NCBI GenBank assembly: GCA_947305775.1 | Contig: CAMZEN010000009.1 | Location: forward strand, 2,785-66,784 | From: an uncultured Verrucomicrobiota bacterium | GTDB taxonomy: Bacteria > Verrucomicrobiota > Kiritimatiellia > RFP12 > UBA1067 | DNA length: 64,000 bases | Direction: 5' to 3' | Shown here: positions 9,401-19,205 of the stretch, piece after piece | Position numbering within the stretch: position 1 is the first letter of the stretch | How the letters are laid out: each line of letters begins with the position of its first letter | Translations under genes and position numbers: made by a program | Notes under the pieces: generated by a model | Told to the model about the DNA's origin: nothing | Database searches by the model: none | The model's input: the letters and a program-made list of their open reading frames with translations, nothing else

Positions 9401-12400
9401 CTCGGGCACGATTTCCTCGACGCTCTCGGATCCTGTGACGATTGCAACTCTCGATCGCGCGGCAGAGACTCCGGTGACGGCTGGCAGCAAGCTTCTCGGC
9501 ACGAGCAGCGGAGTTCAGGCGTCGGCGCTCACGCTGGCGGGCGTGGCTACGAGCATCACTCCCGTGTTCGATACGGACGGTCTCTATGTCAAGGCGGCTT
9601 CCGTCACGAAGAATGACACGACGACCAACTATGACACGGTTTCTGCCGCACTGACGGCGGCCGGAAATGATGCTGCGACCATCAAGCTTCTTATGCCTAC
9701 AGACAGCGCAGTCGCCTTGGCTCCAGGTCAGACGCTCGTGAACGGCAACCTTACATCGGGCGGAGTCACTGGTCCCAACGGTTATGAAGTTGTCAATAAC
9801 AACGGCACTTACACGCTGGTTGACAATACGGCTTCGACATGGGCTCCGGGAGATGGAAGCGACAATTCCTGGAATACCGGCGCCAACTGGTCTACTGGCT
9901 ATAAGCCGACGCAGTACACAGCAGTTACGTTCCCTGCGAATGTGGATGGTTGGACGGTGGGCATCCCCGGAAATGCCGGTAATGAGAAGTGTGCTTCGAT
10001 GACGCTCGACGGCGATGTGACTTTCCAGCGCGGCGGCAACGATTGGGCCAAGCTGTGCGTATATGGCGCAATCAGTGGCGAAGGCACTCTTACGCTTAAC
10101 CAGACTTGCATTGAGAATGACTCCGGTAGTGTAATTACAATTCCTGGGCCGGTCGTGATCGTCGGCAGCAACGACTCGGCGTTTTTGGGCGCCAATGGCT
10201 GGACGATTGCCGGTGATCTGTCTGTCGATGGCTACTTCAAGACCCAGATCCCGATCACCGTAACTGGCGATGCCGTGTTCGCGGCAAGCGGCGCGAAAGT
10301 CGAAACCCAGTCTGCCATTACCATCACCGGCACGACCACGCTGAATGGTGACTTCTCGCGTGATACAACATATGGCGATGCGCAGCTGACGTTCGGTGAT
10401 GTCACTGTTGCTGCTTCCACAACGATAACAGGTGCCAAGCCGACAACGTTCGCGGGAACGGTTACGCTAGCCGGTGATGCGACGCTGACGGTTCCTACGG
10501 CAACAACAACCGTCGCTGACGCCACTTTCGAGGCGGATGATTCCAATTCCTATGTGAAGAGCGAAATCAGTGACGCGAACACGGTATACTCGCTTGAGAC
10601 CTACAAGACAGTTACCTTCTTTGACGAGGATGGTACAACGGTTCTTCAGACTGCTTCCAACTACAAGCTGGGCGACACCGTTACGGCGCCTGCCGATCCT
10701 ACCAAGACGGCGACTGCTCAGTACACCTACACCTTCGCTGGCTGGACGCCTGCGTTTGCTGAGACGGTGACTGGTGATGCCACCTACACGGCGACCTACT
10801 CCTCGACCGTCAACGAGTACACGATCACGTGGGTTGTTGACGAGACCTCCGACACCACGCAGGTTGCGTATGGCACGGTCCCGACCTACACTGATCCGGT
10901 CAAGCAGTACTATACCTTCACGGGCTGGGATCCCACCCCGGTTGCGGTTACTGGTTCTGCGACCTACACGGCCACCTTCTCCCGCAACACGGTGACGGTG
11001 ACTGTGCCTACAGTTGAGAACGCGACGGTCAGCGTGCAGTACACGACGGGCGGTGTTTCATCTACCGGCACTGAGGCTGGTACTTACACGGTCGACGCCG
11101 GCACCTCGGTTACCGTGACCTACACTGCGGCCGAGGGCTACTACTTTGGCGGCAGCACGACCAAGGAGTTCAACTATAATACCGTTACCGAGGCTCCCTC
11201 GATTTCGGTCGATCCTGCGCTGCACATCTATCTCGACCAGACGTCGGTCGAAGTGAACTACAACGGCACGGTCTATATTTCTGTCGTCGGTGCACCTGAA
11301 GAAGCAACATACAGCTGGTCGTGCGAAGACGAGAACGCAGAGTTCGACTTGGAGAACGCGAATTCATCTACTGTTGAAATTACAGCATGGGGATGGACAA
11401 CGCCTGGTGACTACATCTTCAATGTCGATGTAACGATCGGCGGTGATACCTTCCAGCTGTCTGCGACGGTAACGGTTGTGGATGTTGCGGCGGTTGTTGA
11501 CGGAACCCCGTATACAGTAGCGGAAATTGACGATGCCATAAATACAGCCATATCCACCGGTGAAGTGCTTGAGCTCTACTATGATGATATCTCTGGAGAG
11601 TTTGCGCTTGCAGCGGATCAGGTGCTGAGAGTGAAGGCTATGAGCGACTGGGTATTCCTAGAAGACAGTCTTGAAAGCGCTTTAAAAGGCCCAGCAAACA
11701 CTGTTGAGACATGCTATGTCATTGAGTCTGAGGAAGACCAGGATGGCGTTGTCACTTACTCCGTCGGCGAGGTTGATACGGCAGTCGAATATAAGGATGG
11801 CACCACAGTCCAATACTACGCTGAACTGCCCAGAAGCGGTAGCGTTTACCCGCTTGGGAATGGTACATACAAACTCTTCAAGGACTTGTCAGTCGGTAAT
11901 AGAGCAGTTGAAGTGTCTGGAACTGGCGCAGTAACTCTTGACCTTAACGGTAATACGATTTACTCGACAAGGAATAATACGCAAGGCGCAATCTCGCTTC
12001 CGCTCGGTGCAACGTTGACGATTTGCGATAGTGTCGGCGGCGGCGGACTTGAGACTGAAGGTAATTATCTGATAGGAATTAAGAACGCGTCTGGTTCTGG
12101 CACTATTACGTTGAACATTACCGGAGGTCGATTCGTTTCGTCGAATAGTAACATACGGCTTACGAATGATTTCGCGCTGACTATCACAGGCGGCTCGTTC
12201 TCGAACTTTACTACAATTTCGAACTATGTCCCTGAGGGCTATGTCGCGGTTGCCGACACGCCTGAAACCGGTTGGTACACGGTTATGGATCGCGTGACTG
12301 TCACGCTCCCTGCGTATGACTCCACGAAGGTTCAGCCCACTGTCACGGCGTCGGCTGGCAATGTTACGGACAACGGCGACGGAACCTATCTGGTTCAGGC

Positions 12401-15266
12401 CGGTTCCACGGTGACAATCACCTGGACGGCTGTCGGCGCGAACATCGTGACATCCGAGGCGCAGGTCATTGAGAATGTAACGTCCAACGTCACAGCTGAT
12501 TCCGTCACGGCTCCTACGGTCGTCCCGGCGGTGGCAGTTGTCGGAGGCGTCTACAAGGCCACGCTCGCGGAGGCGATCGGCGCTGCCCAGGCCGGCGACA
12601 CCGTGGCGCTCATCGCGGACTGCACGGCGGATGCGGCCAAGACGACGGCGGCGGACCGCCTCGTGGTGACGAAGGCGATCACGATCGACTTCGGTGCGTA
12701 CACCTATTCGGTGCCTGGCTCACTTGAGCCGACGGCGAACTGGTGCGCAATCTACATCGATGCCAACACGACGGTGACCGGCACGACCGGCGGCGTTGAC
12801 TGCCTCGACAAGGAAGACCCGTCTGACAAGTGCGGCGTCTACGCGTTCAATGTGCGCGAGGGCGCTAAGCTGACGATTGCGGGCGGCCACTACCACGGCG
12901 GCGGCACGATTGTCCAGGCGCAGCTTGGCACGGTCGAGATCACGGGTGGCACGTTCACGGTGACTCCGTTCGATGCCCCGTATGGCAGCGACTTCGCGTT
13001 CAACTGCGTCGATGCGAGCTATCAGGCTGGCGATGCCGGCTTCTCGATCAGCGGCGGCACGTTCGTCGGGTTCGACCCGCAGGACAACAAGTCCGAGGGT
13101 GCGGGCACGGACTACACGGCCGATGGCTTCGTCGCGATCGACGACGGCGAAGGCACGTTCACAGTCGTCGAAGGCTACAACGTGACTTACAAGAACGGCG
13201 ACACCGTCCTTGAGACATACCGCGTTGCAAAGGCCGAACCCGCTACCCCGGCCTACGCCGGCGAGACGCCTGTCAAGCCTGCGGATGAGCTGTACACCTA
13301 CACGTTCGCAGGCTGGGATCCGGCTGTTGCGGAGACGGTGACCGAAGACGCCACCTACGCGGCGACCTTCACGCCTGTTGCGAAGTACACCACCTTCACG
13401 GTTGCTGTTCCCGAGAACACGACGGTTACGGTGACTGGTGCGACACTTGTCGAGGGCAACACGTACCGTGCGGACGCGGGTGCCGAGGTTACTATTACGT
13501 ATGCCGCTTCTGGCGCATATGTCGCGAGCGGCACGAAGACCCAGAAGGTCACCCCGACTGCCAACCAGACGGTTGAGCCGCCGTCCACCTACACGGTCGT
13601 TCCGGCTACGGTCGAGTTCACGAATCCGAGCAGCGTGGTCACCTATTACACCGAGTCCAATCTCAACTCGCTCAACAACGGCACGTACAAGCTGCTTGCT
13701 GACGTGACCCGTACTCAGCGCATGGCGTTCGGCACCTGGGCGAGCTCCGTGACGCTCGACCTGAACGGATTCACGCTCACCTCCACGGCGTCCGACTGCG
13801 CAATCACGCTCGGCCGCGCCGGTACGGCGGCTGCGCCGAAGGTCTTCAACCTCGTTGACACGAGCACGGAGAAGGGCGGCATGCTGGCGTTCACCACGAC
13901 TCCCAGCTCCACCACCTCCGCAATCCGCACAAGCGGCAAGTACAACCAGGTGACGATCGGCGAGGGCGTGACTGTGACCGGCGGATGCATCCTGATGTCC
14001 GGCGCGAACCAGACGCTCACGGTCTACGGTACGGTCAATGGTGGCGAAGATTTCGCAATCGCCTCTCAGGGCGACTCCACCAAGGACTTGACGCTCACGG
14101 TCGCGGCTGGCGCGACAGTGACCTCCAGCACCACGGCGATCTACCTGCCCGGCACGGGCACGGCGACGATCGCGGGCACGGTGACGGGTGCGACCGGCGT
14201 CGAGGTCCGTTCCGGAACGCTCAATGTTGTTGACGGTGCGGAGATCACGGCTATCGGCGCGTTCAGCGAGGCGGCGAACGGCAGCGGCACGACGGTCGTC
14301 GGTGCGGCAGTTGCGGTTTCGCAGCACACGACGAAGAACCCGATATCGGTTACCGTCAGCGGCGGCACGCTCACCGGCGCGAAGGCGCTCTACGAGACCG
14401 ATGTCCAGAACGGCGAAGGAACGACGGGTGTCGCGATGGCGGTCACCGGCGGCACGTTCGTCGGTGCTGTCGAGTCCGACGACGTCACCGGCTTCATCTC
14501 CGGCGGAACGTTCGATGCCGAGGTCTCCCCTGCCTACTGCGCGGCGGGCTATGAGCCTAAGGACAACGGCGATGGCACCTATGGTGTCCAGACCGCGAAG
14601 GTCGAGGTTGAGGTTGACGAAGTGCCTACAACGACCGATCCGGTCACTGTGCTTGTTGCGGTGCCGCAGGCTTGCGCGGCTGATGAGCTCATTGATACGG
14701 CGAACCGCGCCGAGGGCGATATCCTCAAGGCTTATGTGAAGGGCGACGATTGCTTCTACACCTGGGAGCTTGACTCGACCAAAGCATGGCAGCCCAAGGA
14801 GACCTATAAGGTTGACGAAAGCGGCGCAACGGTAAGCTCAAAGCCTGCTGCAGAAGTCAACCTCACGGCTGGCCAGTCGGTCTGGGTGACGATTAAGACA
14901 GACGAAACGATCAAGCTTCTGCTCACCTACAACCCTGAGCCTGTCGCTGTCGAGGTCGATACGGGCTGGAACATGGTTGCTCCCACCACGCCTGGCGGCA
15001 CAACCGTCAAGGAGATCGCCGAAACTTCTGGCGCTACGGTCAAAGATGCGATTGTCGTGCCGACAAAGGCTGCTCCTAAGGTCTACACCAAGGATGAGAC
15101 TACGGGCGAGTGGGGCTTCGCCGACATCCAGGAAGTTGTTGTGGAAACCGTTACGGGTACCAAGAAGCGCGCGATTCCGTTCCACAACACTGCAGACACG
15201 ACCATCAAGGCCGGAAAGGGTGTCTGGTTCGTGAACGGTGGCAACACCAAGGAGATCAACCTCTAA
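6471..15266 (+). CDS. Giant (2931 aa) secreted/surface protein with LamG-like and InlB-B-repeat-like segments
   Basis: Signal peptide (..LAGSAWA); T/G/V/A-rich beta repeats; repeated YTFxGWxP..VTGxATYxAT units; LamG-like IDCVRLYNY. Confidence 0.85.
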   Translation: MKRMKETIGRLAAGSLRWAALAVAIGLAGSAWAATAPSITVDGANVTVHNDNGTQWDNAGINTMSSYQDTTFTIPSGTDLAAGTKVLVSTISIGASSSQPGNLPAKLSLTVGGTTYVSKTATVTAGGFTSSGKNKHTYSFDGKYCILTVDTAASLKWINEDGSELQGFAAFGLVKDGHQFITRIKWSTSVPVTEVTGKIVTVATGALTDIYNTDTTPKCLQDATGWISTATASTGEIILLNGSNGYGLRLTNGNSLRDNSRNTFSVWPKLSGNGTLTTGDNNWQTPALKIYDASDFTGSINASAGNIYLAVIFCAENDTFSPSVYEEIGSKSGLIYIKSGTSVTVAEGATWTAVNGIVNKGSLTVNGTVASAISNVGGTVTVNGTVASAISNVGGTVTVNAGATLASFGSVRDFTGFAIDSSVPVKVTMSEEEYGKGLLSISGASGISSITVLAPDGTTVVTTLTPENGAAAYNRGTVLVSGKACWCDYEMDYESGIASKTGFQNTGTESTGLHEDSSINGDNAFYNGMLYTYAHPYRDPITYPSDGNWTAVVRCTVPAYENAAVITFGTRGGGLIGLVAGADPETQMRLVQTTGNSHFITNATMTVQNATTAQHVYIFSVENNQTVKVYCDGDLVLNKTFDSQFSIGNGLQIGSVCGGVGATGIIRFAKGESPANTLSETVQKNARIDCVRLYNYIISPEQVAQLSVEFPAVKLYRATVAGGATTDWGSLTWTPGWDGGNTSSKIILTVEGDAALTLTNSITADEFVINVPSDNVLTLSKFASGTTLNVTKPIEVSGGTVYFNPGFNNSIGLGDLNFGGTGTVRLGNGIIVTENISGAASVELLSGVSAIIYGGAISNPLKGVGLLDYTYDSLPSGLSFGDWTGTVRLPEFTADALNLNNYGKSGSTVEIMAINGGWIAEAGKTVAPTLKLSGNMTINAMSSWTYTFAEITGGGNLSFSTSANSPTVNITKVAEGYSGTISSTLSDPVTIATLDRAAETPVTAGSKLLGTSSGVQASALTLAGVATSITPVFDTDGLYVKAASVTKNDTTTNYDTVSAALTAAGNDAATIKLLMPTDSAVALAPGQTLVNGNLTSGGVTGPNGYEVVNNNGTYTLVDNTASTWAPGDGSDNSWNTGANWSTGYKPTQYTAVTFPANVDGWTVGIPGNAGNEKCASMTLDGDVTFQRGGNDWAKLCVYGAISGEGTLTLNQTCIENDSGSVITIPGPVVIVGSNDSAFLGANGWTIAGDLSVDGYFKTQIPITVTGDAVFAASGAKVETQSAITITGTTTLNGDFSRDTTYGDAQLTFGDVTVAASTTITGAKPTTFAGTVTLAGDATLTVPTATTTVADATFEADDSNSYVKSEISDANTVYSLETYKTVTFFDEDGTTVLQTASNYKLGDTVTAPADPTKTATAQYTYTFAGWTPAFAETVTGDATYTATYSSTVNEYTITWVVDETSDTTQVAYGTVPTYTDPVKQYYTFTGWDPTPVAVTGSATYTATFSRNTVTVTVPTVENATVSVQYTTGGVSSTGTEAGTYTVDAGTSVTVTYTAAEGYYFGGSTTKEFNYNTVTEAPSISVDPALHIYLDQTSVEVNYNGTVYISVVGAPEEATYSWSCEDENAEFDLENANSSTVEITAWGWTTPGDYIFNVDVTIGGDTFQLSATVTVVDVAAVVDGTPYTVAEIDDAINTAISTGEVLELYYDDISGEFALAADQVLRVKAMSDWVFLEDSLESALKGPANTVETCYVIESEEDQDGVVTYSVGEVDTAVEYKDGTTVQYYAELPRSGSVYPLGNGTYKLFKDLSVGNRAVEVSGTGAVTLDLNGNTIYSTRNNTQGAISLPLGATLTICDSVGGGGLETEGNYLIGIKNASGSGTITLNITGGRFVSSNSNIRLTNDFALTITGGSFSNFTTISNYVPEGYVAVADTPETGWYTVMDRVTVTLPAYDSTKVQPTVTASAGNVTDNGDGTYLVQAGSTVTITWTAVGANIVTSEAQVIENVTSNVTADSVTAPTVVPAVAVVGGVYKATLAEAIGAAQAGDTVALIADCTADAAKTTAADRLVVTKAITIDFGAYTYSVPGSLEPTANWCAIYIDANTTVTGTTGGVDCLDKEDPSDKCGVYAFNVREGAKLTIAGGHYHGGGTIVQAQLGTVEITGGTFTVTPFDAPYGSDFAFNCVDASYQAGDAGFSISGGTFVGFDPQDNKSEGAGTDYTADGFVAIDDGEGTFTVVEGYNVTYKNGDTVLETYRVAKAEPATPAYAGETPVKPADELYTYTFAGWDPAVAETVTEDATYAATFTPVAKYTTFTVAVPENTTVTVTGATLVEGNTYRADAGAEVTITYAASGAYVASGTKTQKVTPTANQTVEPPSTYTVVPATVEFTNPSSVVTYYTESNLNSLNNGTYKLLADVTRTQRMAFGTWASSVTLDLNGFTLTSTASDCAITLGRAGTAAAPKVFNLVDTSTEKGGMLAFTTTPSSTTSAIRTSGKYNQVTIGEGVTVTGGCILMSGANQTLTVYGTVNGGEDFAIASQGDSTKDLTLTVAAGATVTSSTTAIYLPGTGTATIAGTVTGATGVEVRSGTLNVVDGAEITAIGAFSEAANGSGTTVVGAAVAVSQHTTKNPISVTVSGGTLTGAKALYETDVQNGEGTTGVAMAVTGGTFVGAVESDDVTGFISGGTFDAEVSPAYCAAGYEPKDNGDGTYGVQTAKVEVEVDEVPTTTDPVTVLVAVPQACAADELIDTANRAEGDILKAYVKGDDCFYTWELDSTKAWQPKETYKVDESGATVSSKPAAEVNLTAGQSVWVTIKTDETIKLLLTYNPEPVAVEVDTGWNMVAPTTPGGTTVKEIAETSGATVKDAIVVPTKAAPKVYTKDETTGEWGFADIQEVVVETVTGTKKRAIPFHNTADTTIKAGKGVWFVNGGNTKEINL
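7558..7669 (+). repeat. Perfect in-frame 51-bp tandem duplication
   Basis: 7558-7608 equals 7609-7659 and encodes TVNGTVASAISNVGGTV twice. Confidence 0.95.
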
Positions 15267-15288
15267 TATTTGACAAGGAACAACAACA

Positions 15289-15819
15289 ATGAAAACGATC
15301 AAACTTATCGCAGTTCTCGCAATCGCGCTCGCGGCTTCGGCCGCAAGCGCCGCGGTGGACAGTTATCTCTACTGGATGGTTGATGGTGCTAAGTACGGCG
15401 GCTCGGATGTGGCCTTCGACTACGCTACCATAAGCGTGGATGGGGGCGCCACCTATCTGAACCTCTATGGTGCAGACGCTACGACATCCGATCTTACGGA
15501 GTTCGCGTCCGCCGGATATTACACCTCGACGCCTGCCGCCTCAACATATGGTGCGCCGACTCAGGGCCTGTTTGCCGGATTCGACAGCAGCGCTGGCGTC
15601 AATACGTTCCTCATTGAGCTTTGGCTTGATTCCCAGACGGAGCGTGTGGCTTGGCAGACCTACTCGTATGAATACCTTGCAAGCTTCATCTCCGGCGACA
15701 CCAAGGGTGGATCGTCCACTCCGTTTGGCGTTACAGACGTTGTTCCTGAGCCGACGAGCGGGTTGCTCTCGCTGTTTGGCCTTGCGGCCCTCGCTCTCCG
15801 TCGCAGGAGGCGGGCGTAA
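15289..15819 (+). CDS. PEP-CTERM sorting-domain protein
   Basis: Signal peptide; C-terminus VPEPTSGLLSLFGLAALALRRRRRA. Confidence 0.93.
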   Translation: MKTIKLIAVLAIALAASAASAAVDSYLYWMVDGAKYGGSDVAFDYATISVDGGATYLNLYGADATTSDLTEFASAGYYTSTPAASTYGAPTQGLFAGFDSSAGVNTFLIELWLDSQTERVAWQTYSYEYLASFISGDTKGGSSTPFGVTDVVPEPTSGLLSLFGLAALALRRRRRA

Positions 15820-15850
15820 TCACGCTTAAGACATACAAGGAGGTAGCATC

Positions 15851-16561
15851 ATGAAGAAACTCATTACACTAGGTTTTGCGGCTATTGCGGCAGGTATGAC
15901 GTTTGCTGCTGCGAACGATGTTCTGATCACGTTCTCAACACCCGGACCCGACACCTATGCGGATGGCGCGACGGTTCTTGACGGCGAGTGCTATGCGCTT
16001 TGCTGGTCAAAGGACTTCTCGCAGTTTGCCATCAAGCCAGACGGCACGGCAGAAGGGGGCTCGGTCGTCCTCAAGGTGCCTGCCGCCAAGGGTGGCCGCT
16101 GCCCGACCATCGTGTTCGAGATCGACGCCGACTATGCGGCCAGCAACTATGCCGGTGGCGAGTGGGCAGTTTATCTGCTTGATACGCGCAAGTTCGGCGA
16201 GAACGGCGCCGCGTCGCTCACGTCGGGTGCGACCAAGGTCAACACCGTTGGCAAGGTTGGCTCCGTCAGCGTTGGAACCGGCACGGCAGCGTTGCTTACC
16301 GGAACTGTGGCGGCGGCGCTTGAACCGACAGGCGAGGTCGCAAAGCCAGAGATCACCGGAATCCGCGTCGTTGGCGGCTACGTTTACATAACCGTGAAAG
16401 GAGCCCCCTATCTCGGTTATGGCCTCACGTCCGGTGATGCTCCTGATTCCGTAGTTTCTGATGTCGAGGGTGCCAGGGCTTCTGCGACAGGCGAAGAGGA
16501 GATTACGATTATCACAGGTGCGAAGAACGGAGGCGAATTCTTCAAGGTCAGGCAGAAGTAA
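15851..16561 (+). CDS. Secreted hypothetical protein
   Basis: SD AAGGAGGT; signal peptide MKKLITLGFAAIAAGMTFA; last gene before a terminator. Confidence 0.8.
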   Translation: MKKLITLGFAAIAAGMTFAAANDVLITFSTPGPDTYADGATVLDGECYALCWSKDFSQFAIKPDGTAEGGSVVLKVPAAKGGRCPTIVFEIDADYAASNYAGGEWAVYLLDTRKFGENGAASLTSGATKVNTVGKVGSVSVGTGTAALLTGTVAAALEPTGEVAKPEITGIRVVGGYVYITVKGAPYLGYGLTSGDAPDSVVSDVEGARASATGEEEITIITGAKNGGEFFKVRQK

Positions 16562-16578
16562 TCGCCAGGTATCGAATG

Positions 16579-16619
16579 AAACATGCGGTCGCGGGTTCCC
16601 TTGCGACCGCATGTTTTTT
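16579..16619 (+). terminator. Intrinsic terminator
   Basis: Stem AAACATGCGGTCGC / GCGACCGCATGTTT followed by a T run. Confidence 0.85.
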
Positions 16620-16677
16620 GTCAGTTGTTACATAATGGTACTCTGCACTGAATCGGTGATTTTGATATAATATAACC

Positions 16678-18936
16678 ATGCGCTACGCAACTACGATGAA
16701 GGTTGAGCTGTCCGTTAAGGATTTCGTCCTGGCGGCTGTGCTAGGGTTTCTTTCATTTACGGCATTCCTTTGCCTTTCCGTGCCTGGGCTGGATCCATCG
16801 CAATGGGGTGAAGTCGCTGTCGCGGCGAGGCTTCGTCCGCCTAGCGTGATATTCCCGGGCTTGTGGCGAGGACTGACCTGTGGGCTTTTCTCCGCGGTCG
16901 GCATACCTGTCGCTGTGAAGTCTCTTTCCGTCATCGGCGCGGTCGTCGGCGGACTGTGCGTTGCATTGGTCTATCTCATAACCAGGCAGTCTCTTGCGTT
17001 CCTCACGCGGATGGGCGAGGAACATGCGGTGTGGACGAATCTGATATGCCCGCTATTTGCGACTGTCGCTGCGCTTTTTGTTGCTGTTGCGGATCCGGTA
17101 TGGCGAATCAGCCAGACGTTCTCGCCTGAGCAGCTTCGCCTTTTGATGATGCTTGTTGCTTTTTACGTATGGCTGAGGTGGCTGTCCGTCGGCAGCGATT
17201 GGCGGCTTTATCCGCTTGTTGCGCTTGTGGGCGTAATGGCCGCAGAGACTCCGTTTGCATTTTTGCTGCCGCCAATTTTTCTTACCGGCTACTACCGGGT
17301 GTGGCGGCGGATAATGGGCGGCGTATTCTACGCGCCAAAGAAGCTGCAAGATCCAGACAGGCTGCCGTGCTGGCGCATGTTCTTCCTGTTTCTGGGTTCG
17401 CTGGGCGCGGCAGTATGGCTGAACACCGTCGTCTTTGAGACGCTCGGCGGTGTTGAGGCGAACGGTTGGCGCATGAGCGACATATACTTTCGCTATGGTG
17501 CCGGTTATTGGCGTGTCCTTGCGGACGCATCGACTCTTGCCGGCTGGGCGCTTGGCCTTGGCTTCGGGCTCTTCCCTTTGATAGTGGCCGTCAGGCTCTT
17601 TCCGTCGTCCGTGGGTGACGACCGCCCGCTTGTGTTCCAGAGGGGTGTGATACTCGTTTTCGTGTGTGTTCTTTCCATAATGCAGTGCGGCGCATTCCCT
17701 GCGGCGAGGTTCTGGGCGTTCATGATCGATTCGGTGGCGGTGCGGTCGGGATTTCTTCTTGCGTTCTATGCGCTGTGCGCCTCTTTTACAATCGCGCTGG
17801 TCGGCTCGGTGTTCGCCTTTGAGTGCCAGCGTGTGTATCTGCCCGACAACTCCCCAAAGCCAGGCAGGATGCTTCGCTGGCTTGTGCCTACGATGTCGGC
17901 CGCGCTCTTTGTGCTTGCGGCGGTTCACGTTCCGCGCACTGTAGAGGCTGAGATGAGCAGGATTGTACACGATGCGCTTCATGAAACCGTTCGAGAATGC
18001 GGCGACGCCAAGTGGGTGTTTACGGACGGCAAGCTGGACGACGGCCTGGAGCTGGTCGCGGCGTCGGTCGGCAAGGCGATCCGCCCGTTGAACATGATGT
18101 CCGGCGCAAGCAGTTGGGACGAGACGATGCGCAAGAGGAACTTTACTGAGGGAAGCGCCGATTACGACAATGCGGCCATAGGCATACCCATGCTGCTTCG
18201 TGTATGGGCCGGCGAAAAACCGGACGGCATGGCCGAGGCTGCGATTCAGCTGGGCTTTGAGTTCTGGACGCGCGAGCACAAGCCGCTTCCCAAGGTGTCG
18301 GGCATGGTCGCCAGAGAGTTTGGCATGAGCGATGATGAGGCCAAGCGGGGCATAGAGGCCGCCCGTGAGCTTTCGGAACGCATACTCGCCGTGTCGCAGA
18401 AGAGCGCTGGAGCACAACCTTCGCCAACGCTTGCGAATGCGATGTCGGCGGTTTCTTGGCGCCTTTCGCGCTTTGCCAGGCTTCGCAACGACGAGCAGCT
18501 GGCCAACAGGCTGGACGCCTCCAATACGGCGCTCAAGAGGATGCTTACGCTGGTCGAGTACGAAAGGCAGAGGACGTTCATGCAGCTTACGCCTCGCGAG
18601 GGCCTTCGCCTTGCCCTCCAGAGGGCCGATTTCGTGGAGGCGCGTCGATATGCGGCGGCGGTGCTGCGATCGGACGAGGATGATGCGGAGGCAAATTTCG
18701 GAATGGGCATGAGCTATCTGCGCGACTCGCGGCTTGACGACGCCGAGTTCTATCTGAGGCGCTGTCTCATCAGGCGGCCGGATGAACCTGCTGTCCTGAA
18801 CAACCTTTCCATCATCAGCCGGAAGGCAGGGCGCTACGAGGAGGCGGAGGAGCTGGCGAGGCATGCCCTCAAGATGCTGCCGAATTCTCCAGAGGTCAAT
18901 AAGACGCTTAAGGATGCGCTGGAGAAAGCCCCTTGA
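16678..18936 (+). CDS. Multi-pass membrane protein with C-terminal TPR repeats
   Basis: About 10 hydrophobic segments; TPR-like EANFGMGMSYL and PAVLNNLSII. Confidence 0.8.
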   Translation: MRYATTMKVELSVKDFVLAAVLGFLSFTAFLCLSVPGLDPSQWGEVAVAARLRPPSVIFPGLWRGLTCGLFSAVGIPVAVKSLSVIGAVVGGLCVALVYLITRQSLAFLTRMGEEHAVWTNLICPLFATVAALFVAVADPVWRISQTFSPEQLRLLMMLVAFYVWLRWLSVGSDWRLYPLVALVGVMAAETPFAFLLPPIFLTGYYRVWRRIMGGVFYAPKKLQDPDRLPCWRMFFLFLGSLGAAVWLNTVVFETLGGVEANGWRMSDIYFRYGAGYWRVLADASTLAGWALGLGFGLFPLIVAVRLFPSSVGDDRPLVFQRGVILVFVCVLSIMQCGAFPAARFWAFMIDSVAVRSGFLLAFYALCASFTIALVGSVFAFECQRVYLPDNSPKPGRMLRWLVPTMSAALFVLAAVHVPRTVEAEMSRIVHDALHETVRECGDAKWVFTDGKLDDGLELVAASVGKAIRPLNMMSGASSWDETMRKRNFTEGSADYDNAAIGIPMLLRVWAGEKPDGMAEAAIQLGFEFWTREHKPLPKVSGMVAREFGMSDDEAKRGIEAARELSERILAVSQKSAGAQPSPTLANAMSAVSWRLSRFARLRNDEQLANRLDASNTALKRMLTLVEYERQRTFMQLTPREGLRLALQRADFVEARRYAAAVLRSDEDDAEANFGMGMSYLRDSRLDDAEFYLRRCLIRRPDEPAVLNNLSIISRKAGRYEEAEELARHALKMLPNSPEVNKTLKDALEKAP

Positions 18937-19049
18937 TGCTTCGCGGCGAAGTGCTTCGACGATGCCTTGGAGGTCTTCCGTATTGACTTCTGAGGTGAGA
19001 AATAGTATACTTTCCCCTGTTTTCGGCTTAGCAGGTTTGAAAACATTGT

Positions 19050-19126
19050 CGGAGCGTAGCGCAGTCTGGTAGCGCGTTTGGTTCGGGACCAAAAGGCCGA
19101 GGGTTCAAATCCCTCCGCTCCGACCA
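19050..19126 (+). tRNA. tRNA-Pro (anticodon CGG)
   Basis: Cloverleaf CGGAGCG..CGCTCCG, anticodon arm TTTGG-TTCGGGA-CCAAA, T loop GGTTCAAATCC, encoded CCA. Confidence 0.97.
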
Positions 19127-19128
19127 TT
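19082..19128 (+). repeat. attL core (47 bp)
   Basis: TTCGGGACCAAAAGGCCGAGGGTTCAAATCCCTCCGCTCCGACCATT, identical to 61452-61498. Confidence 0.96.
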
Positions 19129-19205
19129 GAAAATACGGCATTGCCTGCCGTTTAGTCTGGTCGCCGTCGGTGGTGTTCCTCACCGATTAGGGCACATTAG
19201 GACAC

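Noticed and set aside
6471..15266. Giant host protein as a second, trans DGR target
   Set aside because: I found no TR-like sequence in it or elsewhere in the window by eye; targets outside the window cannot be excluded
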